The position numbers were made by a program, and so were the translations under genes. The notes under the pieces are model-generated. The model saw only the letters and a program-made list of their open reading frames with translations. It was not told where the DNA came from and made no database searches. Positions 35,005 to 44,306 of a DNA stretch of 64,000 bases are shown in pieces; the stretch's first letter is position 1, and each line of letters begins with the position of its first letter. The DNA comes from Candidatus Omnitrophota bacterium (GTDB taxonomy: Bacteria > Omnitrophota > Gorgyraeia > B26-G9). The DNA is taken from contig JAHIOQ010000032.1 in NCBI GenBank assembly GCA_018895275.1, positions 176-64,175 on the forward strand. The letters are read 5' to 3'.

Positions 35005-35191
35005 ACGTCCCATCCCCTTCGTCCCAAACAACGTCCCCTTCGTCCCCCTTGGCATTGCTTTAATCGCAAGCCCATTGGTCTTGAAGTATGATTTTGAGAA
35101 TAAAGCGTTGAATGTTTTGCTGTATTTGCCGTTTTTGGTTAATCTTTTAATTTTATTTATGATTGCCAGGTCATTGGAATAAAAAAAACGT

Positions 35192-35220
35192 TTGACAAAG
35201 TGTCTATATTTGTGTATACT
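35192..35220 (+). promoter_or_regulatory. sigma-70 promoter of the toxin-antitoxin operon
   Basis: TTGACA (35192-35197), 17-nt spacer, TATACT (35215-35220). The GGAGGG RBS and ATG 35244 follow. Confidence 0.6.
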
Positions 35221-35243
35221 TATGATAGAAGGAGGGATTTGTT

Positions 35244-35543
35244 ATGAGTCTAATTGTAAGAAAATTATTTAGACATGGCGGCAGTTACGCGATAGATTTA
35301 CCAATGGAATTTATTAAGAATGCAGGTACACTTGAGGTTATTTTAGAGAGTACGCCGAATAGATTAAGCATTCGTCCTAAAACAGAATTAGATAGTATTG
35401 AATCAGACCCTCTGTTTGCTGAATTTATTAATGCGTTGACAGTTGATGCAATGAAACATCCGGAAAAACTTCATGAAGCAAAGAAGGTTTGGGATAAAGA
35501 ATGGGATGAGCTTCTTAAGGGGGTTACTGTTGATGAAGAGTAA
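35244..35543 (+). CDS. prlF: PrlF/SohA-like AbrB-fold antitoxin
   Basis: 99 aa. The N-terminal KLFRHGGSYAIDLPMEF looks like a swapped-hairpin motif. It sits upstream of, and overlaps, a YhaV-like ORF. Confidence 0.6.
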   Translation: MSLIVRKLFRHGGSYAIDLPMEFIKNAGTLEVILESTPNRLSIRPKTELDSIESDPLFAEFINALTVDAMKHPEKLHEAKKVWDKEWDELLKGVTVDEE

Positions 35544-35979
35544 CTACCTCTTGAAATACCACGATTTTTACTTCCTGCGTATAGCCAAACTAAAAGAGCA
35601 AGTAAAAGAGCTGCGTAATAAACTTAGTAATGAAGCATTCAGGCAACACGAAATTGTAAAGCTTGCTTATCGCATTCGTGAAGCTGATCAAGAAATTATT
35701 CCCCAGGATCCAAACCGGCCGGAATATCGCCTGACTGGCAATCTTAAAAAATATCGCCGTTATAAACAAGGCCTACAACGCTATAGGCTGTTTTTTTGTT
35801 TTGCAAATCAGCCTAAGATTATTCTATATCTATACCTGAATGATGAAAGGCATTTGCGCAAGGCCGGGGACAGGAATGATCCCTATGAAGAATTTAGTCG
35901 CCTTGTAGATAAGGAATGCTTTTCACACAAGCCTGATGACCCCAAAATCCAGAAGTGGATAAAAAGTTATCGTCCATAA
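35533..35979 (+). CDS. yhaV: YhaV-family type II toxin (ribonuclease)
   Basis: EYRLTGNLKKYRRYKQGLQRYRLFFCFANQPKIILYLYLNDERHLRKAGDRNDPYEEFSRL matches the YhaV pattern as I recall it. The start is taken at the ATG overlapping the antitoxin end. Confidence 0.65.
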   Translation: MKSNYLLKYHDFYFLRIAKLKEQVKELRNKLSNEAFRQHEIVKLAYRIREADQEIIPQDPNRPEYRLTGNLKKYRRYKQGLQRYRLFFCFANQPKIILYLYLNDERHLRKAGDRNDPYEEFSRLVDKECFSHKPDDPKIQKWIKSYRP

Positions 35980-36007
35980 GCGAAAGATTGCATAAATTTA
36001 GGTAGTT

Positions 36008-37477
36008 ATGAAACCACTGATATTTTTAGTATGTTTAATTTTAATCATAGAGAATATCTCCATAGCTCAACCGCTTGCTCAAAACCACTTAAGAGTAAAG
36101 ATAACCGTTCCTTATCCGTATTCCCTGATCAGAGGTGATGTCCCCATCTATGGAGTTGCCTGCGGCGAAGGTTTTAAAGAATATAAATTGGAATACGGCG
36201 AGGGAGAGAACCCTCAAGCATGGAAGCTTATCGTTAAGTCTGAGAAGCCTCAATTAGAAGAGAACAGCTGGCCTAAAGTGGATTTTTCCCTGGACAAAAC
36301 AATCCCGGGTAATTTGGGGGTTTGGGATACGGGTTTAAGTGAATATGAATATGGAAAACATTTGGTTGACCTGCCAATGGGGACTTATACCTTAAAATTG
36401 ACCGTTAGCAGTCGTTCCGGAGATATAAAAGAGGACCGGGTGGTGGTAGAGGTAGGCCGGGTGGTGTTAAATGCTTTTAGCAGTAAACTGGAAAGTATTG
36501 ATGCTAAAGCAGATTTATTGATCCAGGAACATTCGTTACAAAGCGCTGCGGGGGTTTTTTCCTTAAAGCCTTTGAACATAAAAGCCGAAGGCATTCCCCA
36601 GGGATATAGATTGATTGGGGATGTTTATGAAGTCAATCCTCCGGGAGAGAAATTTACCCGGAAGGCACAATTGGCGATTGTGTATGATAAGTCAAAAGTT
36701 TCTAATGCGGAGAATCTGGGTATTTTTGTTTTTAATCCTGAGATAAATGATTGGCAGTATTTGGAGACTTTTTGTGATGAAAAAACAGACCGATTGGAGG
36801 CGGAGATAGATTCTTTGCCGGAGAAATTTGCGGTTTATGCGGTATTTGAGGCTAAAACGATAAACAATAGGATTAGTCAAAAGGAACAACTAAAGGTTGC
36901 TGAGCCGATCAGTCCTGTTTTAGCTAATGATACCTTTGAAAACGGGTTAGACCAGTGGAAAAATAAACATGGCGCGGCAGGCGCGGTTTTAGAGTTGGAT
37001 AGCAAACAGAATAAAGATAAGGGTTATTGTTTAAAAATAATAGATAGAAATGGAGGAGGGAATTTTGCTTCTCTTATAAGAAGCGAACCTTTTGATGCGC
37101 GGATATACATAATAGTAAAATTTGACTACAGAATCGACAAGGATGTTAAAACCAATTTTTTAGTAAAGGTAAATAATAAATGGTATGACATTGTTTTTAC
37201 CGATGATGAAAAAGTCTACTGGGATATTAATATGGAAAAGATCGGAGAAATTGCCGGGGTAATTGCCGATAATCGATGGCATTGCGCGGAACTTAATCTT
37301 TATGAAATGCTGAGGTCATATACGGATGAGTTTATCGTCCAGGAAATGGTTATGGCCGACTGGGATTCTACCGGGTTTAAGAAACTCGAATTTGGGCATA
37401 ACCCTAAAGGAGCAACGTATTATATCGATAATTTTGAGATAAAATCCGGAGCTAAATCTTATATATGGTGTTTCTGA
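36008..37477 (+). CDS. secreted protein of unknown function (signal peptide; Ig-like and CBM-like regions), probably truncated by a frameshift
   Basis: 489-aa ORF with signal MKPLIFLVCLILIIENISIA. A segment FAVYAVFEA resembles the HFSMYVVAG segment of the 823-aa protein. Confidence 0.7.
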   Translation: MKPLIFLVCLILIIENISIAQPLAQNHLRVKITVPYPYSLIRGDVPIYGVACGEGFKEYKLEYGEGENPQAWKLIVKSEKPQLEENSWPKVDFSLDKTIPGNLGVWDTGLSEYEYGKHLVDLPMGTYTLKLTVSSRSGDIKEDRVVVEVGRVVLNAFSSKLESIDAKADLLIQEHSLQSAAGVFSLKPLNIKAEGIPQGYRLIGDVYEVNPPGEKFTRKAQLAIVYDKSKVSNAENLGIFVFNPEINDWQYLETFCDEKTDRLEAEIDSLPEKFAVYAVFEAKTINNRISQKEQLKVAEPISPVLANDTFENGLDQWKNKHGAAGAVLELDSKQNKDKGYCLKIIDRNGGGNFASLIRSEPFDARIYIIVKFDYRIDKDVKTNFLVKVNNKWYDIVFTDDEKVYWDINMEKIGEIAGVIADNRWHCAELNLYEMLRSYTDEFIVQEMVMADWDSTGFKKLEFGHNPKGATYYIDNFEIKSGAKSYIWCF

Positions 37478-37727
37478 ACTAAAACCTTCTTATGTTTTAA
37501 AAATAAATACAGGGACACAGAAATCTTCAACCGTTGGGCTTAATTTAAGAAAATTTGAGATTATATTAAACGGTAATAAATTGAAAGAGTTTTATTATTC
37601 CGGAAGCGCAGAACAAATTTCCATATCAGTCCCTAACGAATATGTGAAACAAGGGGCAAATGTTATAAGAATAAACTGCCCTAATAACAAGGATGATATA
37701 CCATTTTTAAAAATGAAGATGGAATAA
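37443..37727 (+). pseudogene. start-less 94-codon open frame continuing the 36008 gene in the +1 frame
   Basis: My translation is NPELNLIYGVSELKPSYVLKINTGTQKSSTVGLNLRKFEIILNGNKLKEFYYSGSAEQISISVPNEYVKQGANVIRINCPNNKDDIPFLKMKME. There is no ATG, GTG or TTG near its 5' end, and it overlaps the end of the 36008 ORF at an A4 run (37441-37444). Confidence 0.45.
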
Positions 37728-38002
37728 AAAATGAAAGATTGAATCATAAGATTAGTTAATAAATTAAAAAAGACATAATTAATCTTAGCGTACTTTGCGG
37801 CTTGGCGCGAGAAAAAAATAAGAAGTTATAACAAAACCAATAAAGAAGGGCTCAAGCGATATGTTTTATAGTTTCTTCGTGCTCTTCGTGTCCTTCGTGG
37901 TAAAATAAAATTAAAGGGTATTATAAGCTTTCTTGAGCCGGATGATAGTAAGTGGTAACATATTCTTAGGAAATTAAAAAGGATATCAAAAAAATTTTGC
38001 AA

Positions 38003-38025
38003 TAGAATGAAAAGACCGCTGTGTT
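38003..38025 (+). repeat. 23-bp direct repeat, right copy (contains the comEC start)
   Basis: See 34395..34417. Confidence 0.9.
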
Positions 38026-39536
38026 TTATATGTATAAGTGTGATTGCCGGGATCCTTAGCGCGGACCTCTTTTGGGTTTCGTTTCGAGCGCTTATCCCGG
38101 CTTTGGCGGTGCTGATTGCCGGCTTATGGTTTTACCTGCGAAATAGCCGTTTATTCTTTGTTTTCCTTTTTTTTGCTTCTTTTACCGTGGGTATGTGCCT
38201 GGTGGTTAATTCCCGCACTTTAGCGCCGGACCATATCGCCAAATTTACCCCGGCTAAGGGCAAAGAGGTGACGTTAAAGGGCCGCGTAGTTTCAGAGCCG
38301 GAGCAGAGAAAGAATAGAGATATATTTCTGCTCGAAGCGGAAACAGTCGAGATGAACTCTAAGGTATCTAAAACGCAGGGCAAGGTATTGGTTGTATTAT
38401 TCAAAGAGGTAAAAGGCATTGATTACGGAAAGGAATTGATTTTGCGCGGAAAGCTGTACCGTCCGTATGCCTTTAGGATTTCCCGGCGCTTGAATTACCG
38501 GGATTATCTGATGCGGCGCGGCATATATTCCATGCTGTCCGTAAGCAAAGCGGCCGGCGAAGTGATTTTTACGCGGGAAGATATTGCCAACCCTCTGCTG
38601 CAGGCTGCGTTCGTGCTGCGTAAAAAGATTACGGCAATCAACCGCGCGTATCTCTCCGCGAACGCGGCGGGAGTAATCAGTGCGATGGTTGTCGGATTGC
38701 GCCATGAGGTGCCTTCCTTCTTTAATAATTTATTGCAGCATACAGGGACAATTCATATCCTGGCCGTGTCGGGATTGCATGTCGGAATCATGGTGTTTTT
38801 GGTTATCATGGCATTGCGTCTTTTTGCCATGCCTTACCGGCTGCAGTATTCTCTGGCAATACTTATGCTTGTTTTCTTTTGCCTGCTTAGCGGAGCACGG
38901 ACTTCCGTGGTCAGGGCAACAGTTATGGCCGGTATCTTTCTTGTCGCGTTTCTGGTTAACCGTGATTATGACCCGCTTTCGGCATTGAGCCTGGCGGCAT
39001 TGGTAATTCTTTCCGGCTATCCGCTGCAGATTTTTGATGCCGGATTTCAGTTGTCTTTTTCAAGCGTATTATCTATTTTTCTTTTTCATGAAAAGATTAG
39101 CGCCTGTTTCCCGAAAAAACTGCTTAATCATAAATCGTGCGCTTATCTATTGAAAATGTTTGCCGTTTCTCTGGCAGCATGGCTGGGTACCCTGGGGATA
39201 ACCGCCTATCATTTTAGTATAATTACGCCGGTAGCGGTCATTGCCAATATGGCAGTTATCCCGCTGCTTTTTGTCGTCGTTGTAAGTGCGGTTTTGTTTC
39301 TTGCCGGGACAATGATTTCCCCTTTACTCGCTGCGGCCCTGGCGCTGAATTGTGAATTTTTCGTAAATCTCGTTTATAAAATAAACGCCGTTTTCTTTCG
39401 TTTGCCGGGAGCGTATTATTACGTTCCCGGATTTAAATTTGCCTATGCGGCGGCATACTATTGTGCGGTTATCATTGTTATAGCAGGCGGAAATTTTTTA
39501 GTACGCTATAGGCGGAACCTGGGGCGGCATGTTTAG
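38007..39536 (+). CDS. comEC: ComEC/Rec2 DNA uptake channel (OB/DUF4131 and competence domains; no metallo-beta-lactamase domain)
   Basis: 509 aa and polytopic, with TGTIHILAVSGLHVGIM and GFQLSFSSV. The length is about 250 aa shorter than three-domain ComEC. Confidence 0.82.
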   Translation: MKRPLCFICISVIAGILSADLFWVSFRALIPALAVLIAGLWFYLRNSRLFFVFLFFASFTVGMCLVVNSRTLAPDHIAKFTPAKGKEVTLKGRVVSEPEQRKNRDIFLLEAETVEMNSKVSKTQGKVLVVLFKEVKGIDYGKELILRGKLYRPYAFRISRRLNYRDYLMRRGIYSMLSVSKAAGEVIFTREDIANPLLQAAFVLRKKITAINRAYLSANAAGVISAMVVGLRHEVPSFFNNLLQHTGTIHILAVSGLHVGIMVFLVIMALRLFAMPYRLQYSLAILMLVFFCLLSGARTSVVRATVMAGIFLVAFLVNRDYDPLSALSLAALVILSGYPLQIFDAGFQLSFSSVLSIFLFHEKISACFPKKLLNHKSCAYLLKMFAVSLAAWLGTLGITAYHFSIITPVAVIANMAVIPLLFVVVVSAVLFLAGTMISPLLAAALALNCEFFVNLVYKINAVFFRLPGAYYYVPGFKFAYAAAYYCAVIIVIAGGNFLVRYRRNLGRHV

Positions 39537-39595
39537 TTCGCTGATGTAATAAGGCACAAAAGAGCCGGCGTTAATGCGAATATCCGGGTCATTAT

Positions 39596-39631
39596 ATATG
39601 GCAAAATATATGGCGAAATATATGGCAAAAT
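39596..39631 (+). repeat. three tandem 12-mers ATATGGCRAAAT upstream of gmhB
   Basis: Copies at 39596-39607, 39608-39619 and 39620-39631, followed by the inverted partial copy TTGCCAATAT (39635-39644). Confidence 0.9.
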
Positions 39632-39674
39632 GTGTTGCCAATATAATCGAATTGATATATACTAAAATATTCTA

Positions 39675-40268
39675 ATGGATAAAATAATCTTTTTAGACAG
39701 AGACGGCGTTATAAACAAAGACCTGAACGGGTATGTTACCGCATGGCCGGAGTTTGAGTTTCTCCCGAATGTTTTGGAAGCAATAAAAAGGCTTAGCGAG
39801 CTGGGGTTTAAGGTTGTGGTTGTTTCGAACCAGGCCGGCGTGGCAAAGGGGTATTATACGGCCGAGACGCTGGCGCGGATTACGGCGCAGATGCTTGAAA
39901 CTGTTAGGGCGGCGGGCGGCCGGATTTTTTCCGTGCATTACTGCACGCATCGGGATGAAGATGATTGTATCTGCCGCAAACCAAAGACAGGCCTATTCAA
40001 ACAGGCCCTGGCCGGGATTTCGGTGAATCTTAAGGAAACCTTTTTTGTCGGCGACAATGAGAGAGATATCGAAGCCGGAAAAAAAATGGGATGTAGGACG
40101 ATACTGGTGCTCTCCGGGATTACAAAGACCAAGGCGGATGTGTATAATTTTAAACACAGGCCGGATTTTATCGCGGATGACCTGTGGGACGCGGTGGAAA
40201 GAATAATCGCTAAAGGTAAAGGTTCTAATGATGGAAAAGAAAAAACTGGTTTTAACATTTCCGCATGA
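39675..40268 (+). CDS. gmhB: D-glycero-D-manno-heptose 1,7-bisphosphate phosphatase (HAD-IIIA)
   Basis: FLDRDGVIN, VVSNQAGVAKG, the Zn-site string CTHRDEDDCICRKPKTG, and VGDNERD. Confidence 0.85.
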   Translation: MDKIIFLDRDGVINKDLNGYVTAWPEFEFLPNVLEAIKRLSELGFKVVVVSNQAGVAKGYYTAETLARITAQMLETVRAAGGRIFSVHYCTHRDEDDCICRKPKTGLFKQALAGISVNLKETFFVGDNERDIEAGKKMGCRTILVLSGITKTKADVYNFKHRPDFIADDLWDAVERIIAKGKGSNDGKEKTGFNISA

Positions 40269-40638
40269 TCTTTTGGATAAGCCGATAACCTATCACCTTA
40301 TCAAAGATTATGATTTGATTGTGAATATATTGAAAGCGAAGATTACGCCGAAAGAGGAGGGCGTATTGGTACTGGAAGTTTCCGGGAAAAAAACCAGTGT
40401 TGCTCAGGGTATCGCTTATTTAAAAAATATCGGAATTGCCGTTGAACCGCTGATTAAGGATATCAAATGGGACAAGGACAAGTGTACGCATTGCACGGCC
40501 TGTGTGAGCGTATGTCCGACGGATGCGTTTACCGTTATCCGCGAAACGATGCAGGTTGTTTTTGATCGGGACAAATGTATTGCCTGCGGCTTGTGCGTGA
40601 GCCTTTGCCCGTATCATGCTATGGAGATTATTCTTTGA
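40228..40638 (+). CDS. NIL-domain plus 2x[4Fe-4S] ferredoxin protein
   Basis: N-terminal LVLTFPHDLLDKPITYHLIKDYDLIVNILKAKI (NIL), then CTHCTACVSVCP and CIACGLCVSLCP. Confidence 0.75.
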   Translation: MMEKKKLVLTFPHDLLDKPITYHLIKDYDLIVNILKAKITPKEEGVLVLEVSGKKTSVAQGIAYLKNIGIAVEPLIKDIKWDKDKCTHCTACVSVCPTDAFTVIRETMQVVFDRDKCIACGLCVSLCPYHAMEIIL

Positions 40639-41108
40639 GTAACAAAAACATAATACACAAAATAAGAAAAAGTGTTGTCTCAGATGCGGTTTACATACAG
40701 GAATTGATAAACGGTATCGCTAAAACCGGACAGGTCTTACCGCGTTCGCTTAACAATATCTATGAAAATTTGCGTGATTTCTTTGTCTATGAAAAAGAAG
40801 GCAGGATTTACGGCTGCAGCGCGTTGCATATAACCTGGGAAAACCTGGCGGAAATACGTTCCCTGGTCGTGCATGATTCCTGCCGGGGCAGGGGAATCGG
40901 CAGGGAACTGGTGGATGTTTGCTGTAAAGAAGCGAAAGAGTTTGGTATTAATAAAGTGTTTTTGCTTACGGAAAAAACGGTTTTTTTCGGTAAGTTTGGA
41001 TTCGAACCGGTAGATAAATCCCTGCTTCCGCATAAAATATGGAGTGATTGCGTGCAATGTATTCACTTCCCGAACTGTCAGGAAACGGCAATGATGAAAA
41101 ATATATAA
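40635..41108 (+). CDS. GNAT-family N-acetyltransferase (ArgA C-terminal-like)
   Basis: [20 protein letters not shown] acetyl-CoA motif. A TTG start overlaps the upstream stop, so the start is uncertain. Confidence 0.7.
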   Translation: MSNKNIIHKIRKSVVSDAVYIQELINGIAKTGQVLPRSLNNIYENLRDFFVYEKEGRIYGCSALHITWENLAEIRSLVVHDSCRGRGIGRELVDVCCKEAKEFGINKVFLLTEKTVFFGKFGFEPVDKSLLPHKIWSDCVQCIHFPNCQETAMMKNI

Positions 41109-41119
41109 GCGGAGGAGAT

Positions 41120-42433
41120 ATGTCTTACACGATTACGGAAAAGATTTTTAATAAACACGTTAAAGGCGAAAAAGTTAAAGCCGGAGATTTTGTATATGCC
41201 AAAGTGGACCTGGCGCTGGGTAATGATGTAACTGCGCCGATTGCCATAGACCAGTTCAAAAAGCTTGGGGCGAAAAAAGTCTTTGACCGGAAAAAGATCG
41301 TCCTGGTGCCCGACCACTTTACTCCGGCAAAAGATATTAAAAGCGCGGCTCAGGCAAAACTCATGCGGGAATTCAGCCAGGAACAGCATATCCGGCATTA
41401 CTATGAAGTAGGAAGGATGGGTATCGAGCATGCGCTTTTACCGGAATTGGGGCTGATTGAACCGGGCAAGCTGATTATCGGAGCGGATTCGCATACGTGT
41501 ACTTATGGTGCTTTAGCTGCGTTTGCCACAGGTGTCGGCTCGACCGACCTTGCGGCTTGCTGGGCGACCGGGTATTGCTGGTTCCGCGTTCCGGCAACGA
41601 TTAAATTTGTTTATACCGGAAAAATGAAAAAATGGGTGTGCGGGAAGGATTTAATCCTATATACGATAGGGAAGATCGGCGTGGACGGAGCGTTGTATAA
41701 GGCAATGGAATTTACGGGGCCGGTGATCAAGAAACTGCCTGTTGAGGAACGGCTTACAATGGCGAATATGGCAATTGAAGCCGGCGGAAAGTCGGGAATT
41801 ATCGAGCCGGATGAAATAACCTATGAATATGTTCGGGAAGTTATCCTCAGGCAGGATGTTCCGCTGCGGAAAAAGACGGAGATGTCGTTGCGCGCGTGCC
41901 GGGAACGCTGGGATGAATTAAAGAGTGATAAGGATGCCGTGTATGAGGCCAGGATGGAAATCAATGCCTCTGATATCGAGCCCCAGGTGGCATTGCCGCA
42001 TTTGCCGAGCAATACCGTCAGCGTAAGTAAATTAAAGAATATGCCGGTTGATCAGGTGGTTATCGGTTCCTGCACGAACGGAAGGATTTCCGACCTGCGG
42101 GTCGCGGCAAAGATATTAAAAGGCAAAAAAGTCCATCCCCGTGTGCGTTGTCTTATTTTTCCCGCAACGCAGGCCATCTATTTGCAGGCGATAAAAGAAG
42201 GGCTTGTGGAAATTTTTGTTAATGCCAATGCCGTGGTTTCCACTCCTACCTGCGGCCCATGCCTGGGCGGTCATATGGGTATCCTGGCCAAAGGGGAACG
42301 GGCAATTGCCACGACCAATAGAAATTTTGTCGGCCGGATGGGGCATCCTGAAAGCGAGGTTTATTTGAGCAGCCCGGCAGTGGCTGCGGCAAGCGCGGTT
42401 ACCGGTAAAATCACGCATCCGGACGCGGTGTAA
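41120..42433 (+). CDS. leuC: 3-isopropylmalate/homoaconitate dehydratase large subunit (archaeal-type LeuC/HacA)
   Basis: [45 protein letters not shown] and TCGPCLG cluster ligands. A GGAGGAG RBS precedes ATG 41120. Confidence 0.9.
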   Translation: MSYTITEKIFNKHVKGEKVKAGDFVYAKVDLALGNDVTAPIAIDQFKKLGAKKVFDRKKIVLVPDHFTPAKDIKSAAQAKLMREFSQEQHIRHYYEVGRMGIEHALLPELGLIEPGKLIIGADSHTCTYGALAAFATGVGSTDLAACWATGYCWFRVPATIKFVYTGKMKKWVCGKDLILYTIGKIGVDGALYKAMEFTGPVIKKLPVEERLTMANMAIEAGGKSGIIEPDEITYEYVREVILRQDVPLRKKTEMSLRACRERWDELKSDKDAVYEARMEINASDIEPQVALPHLPSNTVSVSKLKNMPVDQVVIGSCTNGRISDLRVAAKILKGKKVHPRVRCLIFPATQAIYLQAIKEGLVEIFVNANAVVSTPTCGPCLGGHMGILAKGERAIATTNRNFVGRMGHPESEVYLSSPAVAAASAVTGKITHPDAV

Positions 42434-42456
42434 AAAAAAAGTGAGGGAAAGAGGGA

Positions 42457-42951
42457 ATGAAAATACAAGGCAAAACATGGAGATTCGGGGATAATATCAA
42501 TACGGATGAAATTATTGCCGCCCGCTATTTAAACACCTTTGACGCGCAGGAATTGGGCAGCCATTGCATGGAAGATATCGATAAGAATTTTTCCCAAAAA
42601 ATTGCGCCGGGGGACATCATCGTTGCCGGTAAAAATTTCGGATGCGGTTCATCGCGGGAACACGCGCCGATTGCCATAAAAGGCTGCGGCATCTCCGGTG
42701 TCGTTGCGGAAAGTTTCGCGCGTATCTTTTACCGTAATGCGGTTAATATCGGGCTGCCGATTTTTGTCAGCGCGGAGGCGGCAGAGTCGATAAAAGAGGG
42801 TGATTTAATTGAAATCGACGCGCAATCCGGGGTTATCTGCAACCGGACGCAGTCTAAAAACTATCAGACCGATAAGTTTGCCGGTTTTATGCAGGATATC
42901 GTGAATGAGGGCGGTTTGCTGAATTGGATAAAAAAGAAAGGGATAAAATGA
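42457..42951 (+). CDS. leuD: 3-isopropylmalate dehydratase small subunit
   Basis: [15 protein letters not shown] and [18 protein letters not shown]. Confidence 0.9.
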   Translation: MKIQGKTWRFGDNINTDEIIAARYLNTFDAQELGSHCMEDIDKNFSQKIAPGDIIVAGKNFGCGSSREHAPIAIKGCGISGVVAESFARIFYRNAVNIGLPIFVSAEAAESIKEGDLIEIDAQSGVICNRTQSKNYQTDKFAGFMQDIVNEGGLLNWIKKKGIK

Positions 42952-43214
42952 AAGTGGAACAATCCGTTATTGAGGTGGTTATTTCTGTGCAGAACAGCCG
43001 TATCGAAGGCAATATGCACCTGCCCTCCGGAGGGAGACTAACGGATTATCTTGCCCTGCCCGAGCGGAAATTTATTCCGTTGACGGAAGCGAAGATATTC
43101 AGTATCCCCGGAAACGAGTTATTGTATGTGGTGCCGTTTTTAAGTTTGAACAAGGCTTTTATAATTTATATATTCCCGAAAGATAAAGAAGAAAAAGACA
43201 ATAAACAGTTATAA
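42948..43214 (+). CDS. hypothetical 88-aa protein embedded in the leu operon
   Basis: The ATG overlaps the leuD stop (ATGA). I recognise no motif. Confidence 0.45.
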   Translation: MKVEQSVIEVVISVQNSRIEGNMHLPSGGRLTDYLALPERKFIPLTEAKIFSIPGNELLYVVPFLSLNKAFIIYIFPKDKEEKDNKQL

Positions 43215-43232
43215 GAGAGAGGAAATGCTGCG

Positions 43233-44306
43233 ATGTATAAGATTGCCGTTATGCCTGGAGACGGAACCGGTCCGGAAGTTGTGTCTGAAGGGTTGAAGGT
43301 GTTGGAAAAGGTGAGCAAAATCTACGGCTTCAAATATGAAACTGTGTCGTTTGATTGCGGAGGAGAGCGATATCTTAAGACCGGTAAAACGATTACGGAT
43401 GAAGAAATCGAACGGCTCAAGACCTTTGACGCGATTTATCTGGGCGCGATCGGGCATCCGGATGTAAAGCCGGGAATCCTGGAACAGGGTATTCTGCTTA
43501 AGACCAGATTTGCCCTGGACCAATATATTAATTTAAGGCCCGTACGTTTATATAACGATTCGTTTTGCCCGCTTAAAGACAAAAAAGAGTCCGATATCGA
43601 TTTCGTCGTCGTACGCGAGAACTCGGAGGGGTTGTATAAAGGGATGGGTGAATTTCAGGCCAAAAACACGAAAGACGAGGTTGCGCTCCAGATTTCCTAT
43701 AATACGCGCAAGGGAGTTGAGCGCTGTATCCGCTATGCCTTTGAATATGCGCGCAAGCGTAACAAGAAAAAAACCCTGACATTATGCGGGAAGACCAATG
43801 TCCTCACCTATGCGTGGGACTTATGGCAGAGGACCTTCAATGAGGTTGCCAGGGAGTATTCTGATATTAAGACCGATTACGCGCATGTTGATGCGACGAC
43901 GATGTGGTTCGTGAAGAATCCGGAATGGTTTGACGTCATTGTTACCGATAATATGTTCGGAGATATTATTACGGACCTCGGCGCGATGATTCAGGGAGGG
44001 ATGGGCATTGCCGCCGGCGGCAATATTAATCCGCAGGGGGTCTCGATGTTCGAACCGATAGGCGGTTCCGCTCCCAAATATACGGGAAAGAATGTGATTA
44101 ACCCGCTTGCGGCGATTTGCGCGTTATCGATGCTGCTGGATGTGCTCGGAGAAGAAAAGGCCGCGGCAAGCGTGGAAAATGCCGTGATTAAAATTGTAAA
44201 GACGAAATTAAAAAGCCTTGCCGCCGGCAAAATGGGCTATTCAACGACGGAAGTGGGCGATTTGGTGGCAGCTAATCTTGTTGAAAAGGAGCATGTTTTT
44301 GAATGA
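43233..44306 (+). CDS. leuB: 3-isopropylmalate dehydrogenase family protein
   Basis: [34 protein letters not shown] and [10 protein letters not shown]. Confidence 0.9.
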   Translation: MYKIAVMPGDGTGPEVVSEGLKVLEKVSKIYGFKYETVSFDCGGERYLKTGKTITDEEIERLKTFDAIYLGAIGHPDVKPGILEQGILLKTRFALDQYINLRPVRLYNDSFCPLKDKKESDIDFVVVRENSEGLYKGMGEFQAKNTKDEVALQISYNTRKGVERCIRYAFEYARKRNKKKTLTLCGKTNVLTYAWDLWQRTFNEVAREYSDIKTDYAHVDATTMWFVKNPEWFDVIVTDNMFGDIITDLGAMIQGGMGIAAGGNINPQGVSMFEPIGGSAPKYTGKNVINPLAAICALSMLLDVLGEEKAAASVENAVIKIVKTKLKSLAAGKMGYSTTEVGDLVAANLVEKEHVFE

